Source: Balanoglossus misakiensis
Lineage: Eukaryota; Animalia; Hemichordata
DNA length: 64,000 bases
Assembly (NCBI GenBank): GCA_040954595.2
Contig: CM082578.2
Coordinates: forward strand, 6,929,519-6,993,518
Direction of reading: 5' to 3'
The notes beneath the pieces were generated by a model. That model was not told the origin of the DNA and made no database searches. It saw only the letters and a program-made list of their open reading frames with translations. Within the stretch, counting starts at the first letter, position 1; each line of letters opens with the position of its first letter. The position numbers and the translations under genes are program-made. This document shows positions 61,587 to 64,000 of the stretch, in pieces.

Positions 61587-64000
61587 GTAAGTTCACTTCT
61601 TGTTGATATCTTTAAGAGATACTTTTTTGTCTGTGCAGTAATGTATTCGTGTCACTTACATTGCAAGTCTCGTAAAAAAAAGTCTTTTTAACAACTCGGC
61701 CTTCTAAGTCTGTGACTGATAAAGGGTGTTAAATATCCTTGGAAAATTTACCCTGCTTGGAACTTTCTTCCTGTAATAAAAATTAAGTGTCAAAGTGTCC
61801 TTCAACAGTCAAAACTTGCAAATCATGACTCTTCGAGAGTTTTCGAGAGCATAGACACATACACACACACACATAGATAATATATATTGCCTATATATAT
61901 GCATATATATGTGCATATATATGCAATAAGCAGAGCAAACATAAGATACCATGATACCACTTCTTTATTTTCTTTCAACTTTGAACCCTGATAAAGTCAA
62001 CCCTGTTTGGATTTTGCTCTGTTAGAGCTGATAAAATAGTTGAAAATTAACTGCTCATGACAGATGTGATAAGGGGGAATTCTGATCGGATGATATGTAA
62101 TCAACTGGTGCTGGGAGTGTGGGGCATGTGTCAGAGGTGTTTGTGTGACACTTGTCATGCAATGGCCAGTCCACTTTTGGCCGTCTGACTCCCCCACCTA
62201 ACGACAGAGCGTACACGGCAGTGTGTGGGTGTGTTGGTACACTCTACTTAAACTTTTTTTTCTTTCGTTAATTCCATTTTCTACTTGTTTTTTTATTTGC
62301 CATACAAGAGCCTTTTCTCGCGCCCGATTGAATAAGACTGACCTGTTCCCAACAAACTATTCTGTCGCGATATAAAAGGGGGATTGAACTTTCCACATCA
62401 TGCAATTGGGTCACTTTGTATGTATCTCGATATGTATTTGTGAATGCCGTTCTTTGGCTATAGAATAGATGATGGCCCATCCCTTCATAGTTGAGTCTGG
62501 CTGGACCGGTCGGTCAGTCAGTCAGTGCGTTGGAGTGTTGTGTACATTTCAGCCCCCCGACAGGTGGGTGGATGCCGGTCTGAAGGAACGGCCGCAGCCC
62601 CTTCAAAAGAGGAAACAATCCCAATTGTGAGAAGCATTTGTAAACCGTTGTGTACAAATGTCATGCCCCCAGTCTCCGGATCTGTTGGACCGCTTCCAAT
62701 GTCAACTCTGTCTGAGATGCTCACTCCCCCCCCCCCTCCCCAGAAGTGCTGACTGCACAACTTTTTTTCTTGGATGAGTGTCAAGACCAGTCTGTCGTCA
62801 TTTCCGAAAGTGTGACATGTGAGAATGAAAGAGGTGTCAACACACTTTTGCTCCTCCATAACTAGCCAAAGATAAAGCGTTGGCAGAACTGTCAATATTT
62901 GCATAGATTGGTCATCTCTGACTTGATCCCTCTCGGCCTGCCACTCCAAACTTTTTTTCTTTCCAATTCGCGGTCTAGAGGGACTGTTGACCTGTAAGGG
63001 CAAATTAACCCCCCTTCTTCCAATCCACCAACCAAACAATCAAAATCTCAGCCAGGCTTCCTTACGAGAAGGGATTATGATATAAGAAAAAAAAGGACCT
63101 GTTCAATTCAAGTGTCTGTCGGTGATTTTCGCATTTTGTGTATGTCCGCCTCGTTGAAACCAAGTCGCGATTATAATAGCACAGCTGAATGGCAAAGTGG
63201 AAGAAATGGTCTGTGTGGACTTGGAACTGTGCCAAAATACTTTGAGAGAGACTGGCTGGGTATTTTTACAGTTTGTGTAAAGCTACTTGCCCCGTGGACG
63301 TATCACTGGAGCAAAACTGTCCTTTGACCTACTTGCATGTATTTATTCGGGAGCCGTGATGAATAAGCTGTTTGGGCTTTTATGGGCTTTGGGGGGATTG
63401 GAGCTGGTGACAGACATTCTGAGGTCTGTGCTCTCGACGGCTTTCGCTTGACTGAAGGTTATTTCGCGTTTGCCACGGAGACGACTGGCGAAAAAAATGA
63501 GGGAGCTTGTGCAATGTGGTTCCGATTTGGTTGGGTTTTCTAGAATGATTCGGTAGCCCGAGGAATAACTGGGAAAAAAGGGGCAAGGTACCTGCTGTGT
63601 GTAACCTCCCGCTGGAAAGTGTATCAGCTCTTGCGTATCCATGGTTATGGAGTGAGTTTGTTCGTCCAAGGACTCCAGTCGACATTGATCTGATACACTT
63701 TTTTTGCATGCTCTCATAATATCAGAGACAGACGATTTTTAATGTGACGATTGTACATGTACTTTGAAGAGAAAGCCGTGAAGGGAACTTCATGGCCGAG
63801 TTGAATTACTGACAAAGGTTCATCACTGATCAGAGAGGAGTAGCACCCCCTGGAAACTCACGACAATTTGAACATCTTGTGTGGGCAGTATCTTCCAGAG
63901 AGGGTTTAAGTGTCAAGTTTGCTCTGGTTCTACGGAGAAAAAAAATTCTGTGGATTTTTTAAAATACATTACCGGTATATACTACAGTGTCAAAATTCGC

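Overview
Eukaryotic, intron-rich animal DNA (GT-AG introns, microsatellites, MITEs). Gene content and order suggest an invertebrate deuterostome; this is inference. Seven genes were assembled by hand from splice sites and reading frames. In order: (1) the 3' part of a type I membrane protein with sushi and FN3 repeats and an R3-RPTP-like juxtamembrane module, but no phosphatase domain and a short tyrosine-motif tail (ITAM-like, YxN, ITSM-like); (2) NEIL2-like glycosylase with a single coding exon; (3) RBM17/SPF45 (-); (4) RPP14 (+); (5) CCNQ/cyclin M (-); (6) POC1 (+); and, after about 24 kb with no recognisable gene, (7) the first two exons of a DUSP6/7/9 MAPK phosphatase (+). Highlights: the CCNQ-POC1-DUSP order joins the vertebrate POC1A-DUSP7, POC1B-DUSP6 and CCNQ-DUSP9 neighbourhoods; the phosphatase-less receptor looks like an immunoreceptor; there is a 1.74 kb foldback element with an 8-bp TSD; and one MITE core occurs with two different TIR sets. 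Coordinates were read by eye and may be off by a few bases. No database searches were run.
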